Positions 1-12,100 of a stretch of DNA of 64,000 nucleotides are shown in pieces. The notes beneath the pieces are model-generated. The model did no database searches. It worked only from the letters and a program-made list of their open reading frames with translations, and was not told where the DNA came from. The stretch covers positions 2,992,735 to 3,056,734 of the forward strand of contig CM082592.2 of NCBI GenBank assembly GCA_040954595.2. The letters run 5' to 3'. Within the stretch, counting starts at the first letter, position 1. Every line of letters starts with the position of its first letter. A program made the position numbers and the translations under genes. The DNA comes from Balanoglossus misakiensis (lineage: Eukaryota; Animalia; Hemichordata).

Positions 1-526
1 GTCCTAGGTATCAGGCTTTATTGGGCCAGGTGGCATAAATAAGGCTTGTCGTTAGTTTTTGGTTGTAAAATTGACAAAGAACTGCTTGATACTAGATTAT
101 ATGATTGTGAATAAATTACGTCATGATAAAACTAAAAAACTTCATGCTACTTACCTTTTCTGCAGCATAGAGAGAGAGAGAGAGGGGGGGGGGAGGAAAC
201 AGAAAATTAATTTGCATTTTAATCATGCAATCCCCAAAGAGTAGAAACTTACACACTGTCAACCGTATCCTACGTTGGAAATGAATTCAGATCAATGGAA
301 TAAGGGTTTACGACAACTTGAAGACAGAAGGAATTTAGGTTAGCTCGTTCGTGGTATCTTAGTTTTATGATGCACATCCCTCTGAAAACTATTTTCTTAA
401 AAAAAACAATTTATGACATTAAATCGCTCACCAACGCTTTAAAAAGATTAACAAATCCGACCGATCAAGATCATAATACACGCAATGAAAGAAAAATGTA
501 CTGTGTACTGCATTTCATTGCATTTT

Positions 527-710
527 ACTACACTACAATACACCACACTACACTATATACACAACACTACACAACACTACTACGTACACTATACTACACT
601 ACTCTACACTACACTACACTACACTACACTACACTACACTACACTACACTACACTACACTACACTACACTACACTACACTACACTACACTATACTATAAT
701 ATACTATACT
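527..710. repeat. (ACTAC)n pentanucleotide microsatellite
   Basis: Long run of acactacact units with degenerate flanks; it explains the HYTTL-repeat ORFs at 367-760. Confidence 0.95.
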
Positions 711-804
711 ATACAACTAATAGTAATACTATACAGTACAGTACGAGCACTTCAGTGTAAATGTCTATGAACTTTTTGGTATTGACATGGTGTTACCATA
801 TTAC

Positions 805-1481
805 CTTCGTGTTTCTTTACTTCATTAACTAATTCAGGCCTCTTGATGTCTTTAAGAATGGTAGACAGTGGAGATGTGTTATTCTGGTTGATTACTCCGT
901 CATTCTCTAAAGCCTGTAACAGACCTAATGTTGTTGTAATGGTGTTAAGATCTCTGCCTGCGAGATATCTTTCTCCTATAACTTTCTTCATTCTTGATAT
1001 TTCATCTGTAATCCAAGAGATCTTAATTGTATATTTTAATCTTCGTGCTATTTCGTCAATTGAAATGCGTTTTGAATAGAATGATCCTTTAAAGGCAAAC
1101 CGTGGTTACGGTATTTATATAAGGATACGACATACAAAACAGGCTACCATAACCGTTCAGGAATTATATTTTGGTTTCTTCTATCAAGTATCGAAGTCCT
1201 AAACAATCAAAGTATATTTTATATGATATAGGGAAACCTGGTCGTTATAGCTACACAGTAGGCTAAAGAAGTACCATATAGTAAATTTCTATACCTCCTG
1301 TTATTTCTTGATTAAGTTTCTCCTTCAAATCGTCCCAACTGCGTTGTATATCATCACCCAAACTATTAACGACTTCCTCTGTGTCTGACTCTTCACCACT
1401 TTCTTCTGACTCTTCCATATCCTCCCGCTCTTCATCCTTTCCCATTTCTTCCAAATTCTCATCCGGGAACTTTGACGCCAT
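805..1481 (-). CDS. Death-effector-domain (DED)-like protein with acidic N-terminus, 3' end unresolved
   Basis: Exon 1481-1295 (MASKFPDENLEE...EESEESGEESDTEE...ITG, phase-1 GT donor) joins in frame to exon 1086-805 (GSFYSKRISIDEIARRLKYTIKISWITDEISRMKKVIGERYLAGRDLNTITTTLGLLQALENDGVINQNNTSPLSTILKDIKRPELVNEVKKHE). The pattern L..LE..G.I...N...L..IL..I.R.(D/E)L is typical of DEDs. A 5'UTR acceptor lies near 1510. Confidence 0.65.
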
Positions 1482-2050
1482 GGCATATACTTCAATCGTA
1501 CAGCATGCCTGTAAAATTGTATGAACTCAACTTCGAGATTTAGTAAATATAAGGTGTTTAGGTTTTATTTTCTCCCAAGTTTATCCCCTGGGTGACTAAA
1601 ATACTTGAATGAATATAGATACCATTGCGTCCGTGCAGTTTATAGTATCATTTTGAATACAATACCATCTTGTGTTGATGTAAATGGTTGTGTGTGCTTG
1701 CAGTGATATCTCGCGTCCTGTCCCACTAGTCCTGTTTCAAAATGACCTTCATTACACGTCCTATACACATGTATAGCCTGCTCTGATTGGTTGATCTGCT
1801 TCTCTAAGGTCCACTGGCGGGGAGCTGATTGGAGGGACCTCATGCGCTAGGTCTCATTATTATGTATTATTCAATTTACAGCTCCCTGATTGGTTAATGC
1901 GTAGAGATGTTCCTCCAGTGTTCACTATCTCATTATGCAGGACCGCATGTATTAGGTCTCATTACCATGCAGGAAGTGGACCTTAAATTACTAGATGGAC
2001 CAATCACTGATGTCGGTACATATGTGATGGACCTGACTTATGAAACAGGA

Positions 2051-2549
2051 TAGCCTAGTCCTAGCCGTATTTTGTCCGCGTTGATTCCAAAACTACGTCT
2101 AGCCTCATTCATGCCACTGGCCCAATAAAACCCCATACCCCTTGCTGGGAATTGTGATGTAACTAGCGTCTCTTTGAAGTCCCTCACATAAACTGAACAA
2201 TGGTGATTGGGTGTAAGGTTATAGTGAAGGCAGGGCTAATTTTAATTAAAAATGTTACCCATCCTTAATTTCACATATGTATATCCTTTGTCCAATCATT
2301 GGAAAAACAAAGTCTCTGATTGACTTCAGAGGGACGCTAGTTACACCACAATTCCCAGCAAGGGGTATGGGGTTTTATTGGGCCAGTGGCATGAGTGAGG
2401 CCAATCTGATTAAAATCAGATGTAGGGAACGGCGACTTGGTTTTTTTATGCTGTCGCCGTTCCCTACATCTGATTTTAATCAGATTGGAGTGAGGCTATG
2501 CGTAGTTGGAAGCAAAGCGGACAAAATACGGCTAGGACTCACTAGGCTA
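2051..2549. mobile_element. Non-autonomous TIR DNA transposon with 9-bp TSD (AcademH- or Mutator-like)
   Basis: Imperfect TIRs of ~130 bp (TAGCCTAGT...ACTAGGCTA) flanked by the direct repeat GAAACAGGA at 2042-2050 and 2550-2558. Confidence 0.85.
2402..2487. mobile_element. 86-bp palindromic mini-element nested in the right TIR of the 2051-2549 element
   Basis: CAATCTGATTAAAATCAGATGTAGGGAACGGCGAC and its exact reverse complement, flanked by the 9-bp TSD GAGTGAGGC (2393-2401, 2488-2496). Confidence 0.85.
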
Positions 2550-3779
2550 GAAACAGGACTGCTGAAACCAACCAAGTATTTTTAGTGACCTCCACCATGC
2601 GCAGGTCAATAAACGTCCACTTATGACGATGTTTACTCAGCTATGTTGTAGCATACACGAGCTCTATTGATATTCATTCAGGTGTGTCAAGGAAGACATT
2701 TCACAATATAATTGAAATTTCTCAACAAAAACGATTTCTGTGAACTTAACCGAATTGAACTAAATTTAAATGAACTAAATAAAATTGTGTAATTGTGTAC
2801 ATGTGCATATTTATCAAATTCTGGTATATTCTGGGCGTGATAAGGTACTGGTGACCTAAATATTGTCGTTACAACAGGTAGGCTACAATGCGTACTTAGT
2901 TGTCGTCATTTTTTGTGTCAACCTCAACCAGTACTGTATACAGTAGATTCTACATTAGTAATAGAATACGTTGACAAAGTAAAAATCGTATTGAATTATG
3001 TCAGTTCATTATAAATAAGTAAAATTAAACAAAACTCACTCAGTTGCACAACTCTGCATCCGGGTCCACATCTACCAGTGGACCAGAGTGACAAAGTTCG
3101 TTTAGTGGCAACGGTTGGACCTTGATACGAATACCAGGCTGTGACACTACGCAACACACAACACAAAACAAAGTAACGCTGTCAGATGGAAACACTTCTC
3201 ACATAAAGATTTGAAAGGGGGAATCACTATTTTGGACACTGTTTTATCATGTTCTCTTTTCGCGTATTACACACTTACTGAATTATATTGAGAATGGGGA
3301 GCATTTACCTTGATTTAAAAAAACCTGCGAGTTAACCGGAAATTGCTGTAAAATCAGGCGGGACATTCAAAATCCTCGGGCCAATGTTTGTTATAGCACC
3401 ATGACTCTATTCGTCTCCTGTATGTGGACAAATAAATGACAAGGAGAGTAGAGCTAAACTGGTTAGCAAGTCAACAAACAAATGACACAGACAGGGATGA
3501 CCATTTCATAACCTTGCGATTGAACCGTGACACAATTACGAAGAACTATTGACCTGGTGGCTTTTAGACGACCGACATAAGAAAAAATCGTGTCAAGGAC
3601 ACGGTGGTCCCATTGAGGGATTACACAAGAAAAAGTCTACACCCGAGTACTTCGCCATATACAGACAGACACACACACACACACACATAGCGAGAGATCA
3701 ATGGGCAAACACTGACTGTCCCATAAGCTGCCAATGGCATATGTACTGTACATACACTAAATAGAACAGCTGGTCTCTT

Positions 3780-4124
3780 TAAAAGTTAGCCAGTTACATA
3801 ATCATGTAGGAATTTGCTGTGTATATAAATCTCAGGAGGGGGTTCCTGGACCAAATTCACATTTTCCCAGCTATTTTGCATATATTTGGCAATGACAACT
3901 TCATTTGAACAAACTCCCATCTACAGCCCAGCCTGCATCTGCACACCAAATTTCAAGGTGATACACGCAGCGGTTTTCAAGTTTTTGATGTGGACATACA
4001 GACAGACAGACATCCATCCATCCATCCATACATCCATCCATCCATACATACATACATACATACATACATACAGACGCAACTGATTCCATAAGGTCCCATG
4101 GTACATACCAATGGGACCTATAAA
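3780..4124 (+). mobile_element. Probable Helentron-associated (HINE/DINE-1-like) non-autonomous element
   Basis: Internal (ACAG)n(TCCA)n(TACA)n microsatellite followed by a terminal stem-loop AGGTCCCAT...ATGGGACCT then TAAA. The left boundary is approximate. Confidence 0.45.
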
Positions 4125-4948
4125 CACGTGTTCTTCATATCTGTGTGCACTAAATTGGTTGAGACCAGGTCACGCCATAAAGTGAGAAGAATATGGTGGA
4201 CATACAAGCAATATAATGACAAAGCAGTATCACAGATAACAAATACTTCTAGACTTTATTAAATATTCAAATTACAAATTGTAATGATAATTTGCTGTAG
4301 AAAAAATATTGTCTTTGGGGGAGGGTCACATTTTACAGTTTAGGTGTGCTCTGAATCCCCCGCCCACCCGCTGTAATTTCTGAAGCCCCCTAAGTCATAA
4401 CAAGGATCGACTATTTTGGAATTAGCCATTCATAGACTGTGCAATAGATATCCGTACCGTAAAAACAGCAAATCGGCAATTTTCGTGACGTCTCCCGTTT
4501 TCACATTTCCATTCTGCGCACGCGTCATTCAAATCCAACGACCAACAGACGAACCCAAACATCATTTAGGGAGCCGTCATTATTTACGGCCGGGGGGATA
4601 CTCAGAATTTTAGAGTTTCTAGTGAAATTCCTCCGACCCCCAGTCCGTAAATAATGACGGCACACTCACCGTTGTAAATGAAATGTGTTAATTCGGGAAT
4701 TAGCATACGCCCCTCCCCCCGGCGGAACAGTTGCGTTTCCACAGCTATTTTTCATCCATACCCGCTATCCTCTTTGCGCATTAATATCGACCTTCTCTGC
4801 GTTTTGGGAGCAATTTCTGAGGGACCTACTCTCAATCGACATTCGGTTTACCTTCTCGATCAATCCTTTAAATAAGGTAGCGGCGTTGTGATTGGCTATA
4901 AGTTTTTGCATCATATATAAAAGTCGATCTAGGGATCTTAAAAATCCC

Positions 4949-6186
4949 AGAACAAGCCGACGATCTACAGAGTCTACCGGAAAACTTTCTCATGCGCTCA
5001 GCCTATGTGTTCCACGCATCAGAACGGAAGTCCGTAAATAAACGAGACGGTGTTTGGAAGCAACCATGGAAATTTTAGAACAAGCCGTCGATCTACAGAG
5101 TCTTGCGGAAAACTTTCTCATGCGCTCAGCCTATGTGTTCTACGCATCACAACGGAAGTCCGTAAATAAACGAGACGGTGTTTGGAAGCAACCATGGAAA
5201 TTTTAGAACAAGCCGTCGATCTACAGAGTCTTGCGGAAAACTTTCTCATGCGCTCAGCCTATGTGTTCTACGCATCACAACGGAAGTCCGTAAATAAACG
5301 AGACGGTGTTTGGAAGCAACCATGGAAATTTTAGAACAAGCCGACGATCTACAGAGTCTTGCGGAAAACTTTCTTATGCGCTCAGCCTATGTGTTCTACG
5401 CATCAGAACGGAAGTCCGTAAATAAACGAGACGGTGTTTGGAAGCAACCATGGAAATTTTAGAACAAGCCGACGATGTACAGAGTCTTGCGGAAAACTTT
5501 CTTTATGCGCTCAGCCTATGTGTTCTACGCATCACAACGGAATGCCGTAAATAAACGAGACGGTGTTTGGAAGCATCCATGGAAATTTTAGAACAAGCCG
5601 ACGATCTACAGAGTCTTGTGGAAAACTTTCTCTTTCGCTCAGGCCTATGTGTTCTACGCATCCGAATGGAAGTCCTGAAATAAACGAGACGGTGTTTGGA
5701 AGCATCCATGGATATTTTAGAACAAGCCGACGATCTACAGAGTCTCGCGGAAAACTTTCTTATGCGCACAGCCTATGTGTTCTACGCATCCGAATGGAAG
5801 TCCGTAAATAAACGAGACGGTGTTTGGAAGCAACCATGGATATTTTAGAACAAGCCGACGATCTACAGAGTCTTGCGGAAAACTTTCTGATGCGCTCAGC
5901 CTATGTGTTCTACGCATCCGAATGGAAGTCCGTAAATAAACGAGACGGTGTTTGGAAGCATCCATGGATATTTTAGAACAAGCCGACGATCTACAGAGTC
6001 TTGCGGAAAACTTTCTCATGCGCTCAGCCTATGTGTTCTACGCATCCGAATGGAAGTCCGTAAATAAACGAGACGGTGTTTGGAAGCATCCATGGATATT
6101 TTAGAACAAGTCGTCGATCTACAAAGTCTTGCGGAAAACTTTCTTATGCGCTCAGCCTATGTGTTCTACGCATCACAACGGAAGTC
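4949..6186. repeat. 128-bp tandem repeat (minisatellite), ~9.7 copies
   Basis: The unit start AGAACAAG recurs at 4949, 5077, 5205, 5333, 5461, 5590, 5719, 5847, 5975 and 6103. Confidence 0.95.
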
Positions 6187-6352
6187 TAAAACAATTGAAG
6201 AGTTGAGGGATATAGGTATTCCACTGTAAGTGATGTTGATTATGCCATATAATTTTTTAAAATTTGATTACAAATGGTGAAAACTGAAAAGACTGGGCAA
6301 CCGTAATTCACAAACATAAAACAGAATTCAGCCAAGTACATGTAAATTGATG

Positions 6353-6557
6353 GGATCTGGTTCTCTTAGTGGACACGACTATACTCCACGGGCGATAATA
6401 TGGTTTTTTAGGGTTAGGGTTAGGAGGGTTAGGGTTAGGGTTAAATTCACCCTCACATTGCCACCCCTAACCCTCCTAACCCTAACCCTAACTCACCCTC
6501 ATTGCCATGGTATCGTTGCCATGGGGTATAGTCGTGTCCACTAAGAGAACCAGATCC
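6353..6557. mobile_element. MITE with internal inverted TTAGGG/CCCTAA telomeric repeats, 8-bp TSD (Merlin-like termini)
   Basis: TIR GGATCTGGTTCTCTTAGTGGACACGACTATA; TSD AATTGATG at 6345-6352 and 6558-6565. Confidence 0.9.
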
Positions 6558-7263
6558 AATTGATGTGCATATATACCAGGTACACCATACTTCTTTGTAC
6601 ATGAATCAAGTTTGAAATGTGTTGAAGTTAACGTTAAGCATATCTGAGAAATGGCTCTGGATGGATGGAGGAGCCCAATGTTTATACCCTTGGCAATATC
6701 AGAACTAAAATGTGCAAAAATAGCAATGATAAAATATTTGTTGTTGGTGAATTTTTACCCCAAGGATAATTGTAAAACTATTTGCTTTAAAGATTAACAT
6801 TTCTGTGAAACAGAAATCCCCAATTTGTGTGATTAGAAAGAAAAACAAAGATGTGAAAGCAATGCTGTGTAAATAATTAAAAATCTCAGTCATCCACAAC
6901 ACTCTGAATGGTCACCCCTACCCAACAGTGTCTATGGATAAGTGACAGGCACACACAATAACTAACAGTGTCAAATATTTATTTAACATCGCATGCACTT
7001 CAAATACAATATGGCCTTAATGAGCAAATGAAAATAGAAAATGACAATTCACTGAACTCATGAAATGAAACTTGCACTCAAGAAATCTCATAACAATTGG
7101 TTGCTGAATGAAAACCACTTGGGTTTTAACTTTAACCCCTTGACTACCCTAACCTATTAATTACCTAACACTAAATGCTATCCAATATGCTAAAACCCCT
7201 TGTTTATACAAATGCATGGTTAATTATTATCAAATCATTAACTATCAAAATCACTTTCATTTC

Positions 7264-7330
7264 TGAAACATAATTGTCACAGTGATGAAACATAATTGTC
7301 ACAGTGATGAAACATAATTGTCACAGTGAT
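7264..7330. repeat. 22-bp tandem repeat x3
   Basis: TGAAACATAATTGTCACAGTGA repeated three times. Confidence 0.85.
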
Positions 7331-7351
7331 GTACACTACACACATGACATA

Positions 7352-7692
7352 CAGTGAAACTTGTCATTACAGACACCTCTCTAATCAGGACACCTCTCTA
7401 TTAAGGACAGATTTTTCAAGACAAAAGTCACAGTTTGAATTGAATATTGCCTGTCTATTAAAGGTATACGGTCACCTATGGAAATATAGCTACAGTTACC
7501 ATGGCAAATTGAGATCTAGCCAATGACAGATTTTCAGTGGGTGGCACACGCGAAAAAAAGAGCGCCACCATATGTTCTTTAGAACGCTCAAATACTCCAT
7601 TTCAGCCAAATATGGGCGTATGTAAATTGGAGGTGACTGTATACCTTTAAGGACATAATTTTTTAGGTGTCCTTAATAGACAGGTTACGCTG
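7352..7692. mobile_element. Degenerate Tc1/mariner (pogo/Tigger-like) MITE
   Basis: TA|CAGTGAAACTTGTC...GACAGGTTACGCTG|TA termini with subterminal TAAGGACA-type repeats. Confidence 0.6.
7462..7646. mobile_element. Kolobok-like MITE (TTAA TSD) nested in the pogo-like MITE
   Basis: TTAA|AGGTATACGGTCACC...GGTGACTGTATACCT|TTAA; an inverted second copy lies at ~53326-53511. Confidence 0.8.
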
Positions 7693-9117
7693 TAATGACT
7701 TGTATTATCAACTTTGCATTACTGTACGACAGAAACAGATTGAGTATAGAATGTAAAATTACTGTTTAAATTAAGAAATGTCAAGGTAGCCATAGGGTTA
7801 AAGTCTGATACATCAACAAATGCAAACACTTTACAAAGTCTTTACAGTGGATCTACATGTAATAATGCATGTATTGTACAGGTGATTGATAGCAACTGAT
7901 CCCAACAGACCTTTCAGGTATATACAGTATTTTCCTCTCACACTTTCCTCTTTGTTGAGTAGTATTTTACGATTATAGGTCACTTAACATAATCGAATGA
8001 CGTAGTATGATAAAAAACACAAAGCATTACAGTTTAATGATCAAGGGACATTGAGTGATAACCTCTTTATCACATGGCCAACGTTTGCTGATCTATAAAT
8101 GTATTGGTTTCAACATAAAATTCTGTCTGGAACAAATTTCAACGGTGTGTCCTATATTTCATTTAATCAGCCGATTGCTCATCCAAGGCAGTGCAGTAAC
8201 ACAACTGAACATTCTACCATTACCATTGCAAACAATAGAAATCAGTGTGCACTAAAAACATTCTGTTATATTTCTTGAAAGTTTCTCTGGTTAGCAAATC
8301 TCTGTTTGTTCACTTTGGATGTTCTCAAGGACAACCTCGTTGGTTCTTGAATTATCTAAATGGGAGTTACAACATTATGGACTGCAGATGTACAAAATAT
8401 CCAACAAATGTTGACTTCATCGAGTATTGTAGAATGTATGTCAGTAATGGAATGGTCCAGACACTGGCATTTTGCGTGATGTGCCTCTCATGAAGCAATG
8501 GTAATAGCACATAATAAACAAATTCAGATGGCTCTCACTCCTACATGGTTTGTATTTGCAAGACACTGGCAGTGTGATGCCACTGGCCGGAACCATGCTA
8601 TTCGTAATAGAGAACCACCAAATATTTCTTAATACTACAACTGAGGTCTGGCATTTGGCCTCACAACTGCCGGCTTCTGAAAGACCATCCATGCAGTGCC
8701 GTAAGTGACTGTGTCTGAAATTAGCCGGTAGGCTTTGTGGACTTGCGTCAGCGAAAACCCACAACAGAGGTGTCAGATGTATCACGATAAAGGTTATCAT
8801 TAAAACTATGGCAAAGTATGTACTTAGACATTAGTGTCGTGTATCGATACACTGCACTAACAATGTCTTCATGCATACAAGGACTTTGCTGTAGTTTTGT
8901 AATAACCTCACAACACTGACTACCTTTTCATAATTACCAAAGAATACCTGAGCTTAGAAATTAACAGGTACAACACTGTAAAAGACTGCCTATTGGCATA
9001 TGCATAGTAGAGATGAAATAAATATTCACAGGGGGACACAGTATGCCAAGCCGAAGCCTAACGCTACTGGCTGGTACAAGATCTAACGCTACCGGTTGCT
9101 AATTAATTAGCACTGTT

Positions 9118-12100
9118 CTACTGGCTATGTTCCTTTTCTTCTCTGGCTCTTTCCTGTAACCTTTTTGCATAGTTCTGTGCCATCGAATTCACAATTGATA
9201 TCACAAAATAAGAGACCATAATGATGATGACTTTTTCAAAGAACCACGACAACCAGTTCGTACCCTGAAATAAAAAAGAAGAAAAACAATGATTAAGTTA
9301 ATACCACCATGTGCATTTTGAGAATGAAGATTTCCTAATGAGTGATCCTTTGTCTAAGAGATAAATTGTACTTATCAACCAGCTCATGACAACTGAAGAA
9401 TGTGGAAGTCTTGGTTTACATTAACCCTGACAAATAAGTTTTCAAGAGAGGTTTGTGACATTACTTTGTCTTTACGGTGAAGCGCAAGTTGCAAAGCTTT
9501 CTCCAGTCTACAAGAAAATTGTTTTGTTTTGTGAGAAGGTCACCTGCACTCTATAAAAATAATTGTCATGTCTAGTACACTAAACAAGATATACTTACAG
9601 ATGAGACCTGTGTACCCGGTTTGTGATGAAGCTTTGCCTTCTGTTTTATAAGGTAATCTTTAAAAGGTGCCTCCAGTGACTGACCAATCTTGGGAATTTT
9701 TCTGAAAGATTCACAAAAGTGGTATCATAATGTAAACATGCCAAGCAACTTATTTTCAAGTATAAAACACCATTATGATGTAATGCCAGTTGGCTCAACC
9801 AAAAACATTTAAAGAATTCATGGTGATAGTCCAGGTATATCTGACTAGTGACAATAGGCACTGCTAAATATGCAATCACACACGCAAACAACGGTATTTT
9901 TCGATATCAAATGACGTCAGACGCGCTCAGGCGCACTTATGTTGGCATTCAAACTTCCTGCTGACGGGCAACTTCAGCAACGTGGTGCAGAATGAAGACT
10001 GTGCAAACGAAACACCATAAGGCCGATGAGGCACCATGCCTGATACATATTACGTTTCTGGTGGTTCTAACGTGTAAACATACCCAGAAAAACTTTTACT
10101 ACATGAAGAAATATTCTTTGCCTGTCACCTGGAAATTAAATGACAACGCCATGGGTCACATGGCCAGATCACGTGATTAATAGCAAAGAATATGTACGTC
10201 ATATTAGGACTTCATGTACTGTACAGATACAGAAACTGTGGACAATGGTTATTCATTACTTACCCAATAATATTGACCAAATCTTCTACATGTCGCTCAC
10301 TAAATACGGTTATGACAAACATTTTCTGTATGTGCATCTTAATGACAGCTTTGCCAATTACTGTAGCACCAAAGAAAGTCCAGAATGGAATCAGAAAATG
10401 GCCACAGGTAATTCCAGCAAGATCAAATAAGGGATTTGGTATCTGATGAAATAGAAATAAATAATATAAATGTCAGATGATAAAATGATATTGTCACCCA
10501 AGTAAAGTTTGTAAGACAAACGTAAAGGGCCGGAGTTTTTTAAAAAGGTGAATATTTTCAAAGATTATCTGGAATGGAACCATGCAGATATAAGATTAGG
10601 GTGGGGAAAAGGTATTTACAAATGAATTTGTCCTTGTACAATAGGGAAATAGGTCAGGGGATTACAAGGAATACATCAGCATTACACTAAAGAAGATACT
10701 TACTGATGCACATGCCAGAATTCCTAGGAAGCCAACTTTCTGTACAAGCCTCTGAATGGCCAGTTTGGTACGTGTCATCCAATCCTGTAAGACAGAAACA
10801 GAAATCTTAGACTGCACATATTGGTCTGGAAAATGTTGACAAAATTTTGATTCAAAGTGTCAGGAGAGATACTTAATTCACATGCTAATTTTTCACCTGA
10901 GAGGTCTTATATCCGCAACCAAATACCCTCGCTAACCATTTATAACCTCTAAATAAAGGCTCAGCTTTGCATAACGTTGTGCTCTGTTAAATTTTGCAGT
11001 TATCATACCTGTTGATTGGCATCTTCAAGATGTTCCAATATTTCTTCAAATTCCTCATATTCTTCATCATCTGGTTCAATTCCTGATAACCTCGCTAGAA
11101 TTGAGACGAAACAATGTGTCATCTTATGTAATTTCTGAGTGCACACAAACTTTCTTGATATCATCACATTTACGCAAACTTGACAGAAATCACCCTGTTT
11201 CTGTGTGACTGCCTTCCTCCAGCACTGTCCATTCTGGCTGTGACATTGCCAGTATTAACCCTAACGCTGCAAAGTCAGTTGAAACTGGTTTAATTTCCAG
11301 GGTGCCTAGAATCCTGGCCCCCAGGCCTGTTAGACTGCCAAGTGTGTGTTATTCAGTAGGGCCTATACAAGACCCTTAGACCAATACAGTACAAACCAGT
11401 ACGATTTGGTACATTTTACAGGGGGCTCAGACTGCCATGAGTGTCTAAGTACGTATGAGAGCCATGTCAAGACAGTCAAAATACTTTTCAGAAGAAAAAG
11501 TGGCAAATACGTATTTTAAAGGACTTGACACTCAAAACAGATATGACACCCAGTAGCATTAGGGTTAATACTGCACAACTTTTCAAAGAGTAGTACTTAC
11601 CTGCTTTTGCCATAAAGTATGGGGGGAGTTCACCAATGGCAGTGCCTGCACCCTGCAAACATAAAAAAAAAATCATGTACCGTGAGACAAATTCTTCACA
11701 ATCAGAATACTCCATAGAAAACAATGGTGCACCTTTTGGGACTATGACTGTACATTTGTTATAAGTTAATTAATATAAGCCAGTTTTTCGTTGTAACTGA
11801 GTTTGCCTTATCGAGGTTCAACTGTATATGGCATGTCCATTATGTGCTCATTAGCATATTTAATGAACTTCTATAATCAGTGACTTGAAATGGTACAAAC
11901 ATACATGTACTGATTCCAGAGAGGCAAAAGTACACATATCTTATTTTTGCCAATCCCAGATTTTCACTTGCAAACAAAATCGATTGATGGGATATTTACG
12001 GTTACTAACCCACATAAACGCTTCCAGCCTGACTTTACTCATTATTCTCCAAATACTCATAGAGGTACCTTCTTCATCAGGACAGATAATCCTAGAATTC

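Noticed and set aside
367-760. HYTTL-repeat ORFs
   Set aside because: They are translations of the (ACTAC)n microsatellite.
4949-6186. CRISPR-like array or repeat-protein ORFs
   Set aside because: Whole units are repeated with no unique spacers and no cas genes; the 128-bp unit is not a multiple of three; the context is eukaryotic.
6409-6492. Telomere or chromosome-fusion site
   Set aside because: The repeats are short and enclosed by TIRs and an 8-bp TSD, with a second copy at 17630.
7795-7820. miR-21-like sequence downstream of VMP1, as in vertebrates
   Set aside because: Only a 9-nt match (TATCAGACT on the minus strand), without the seed or a hairpin.
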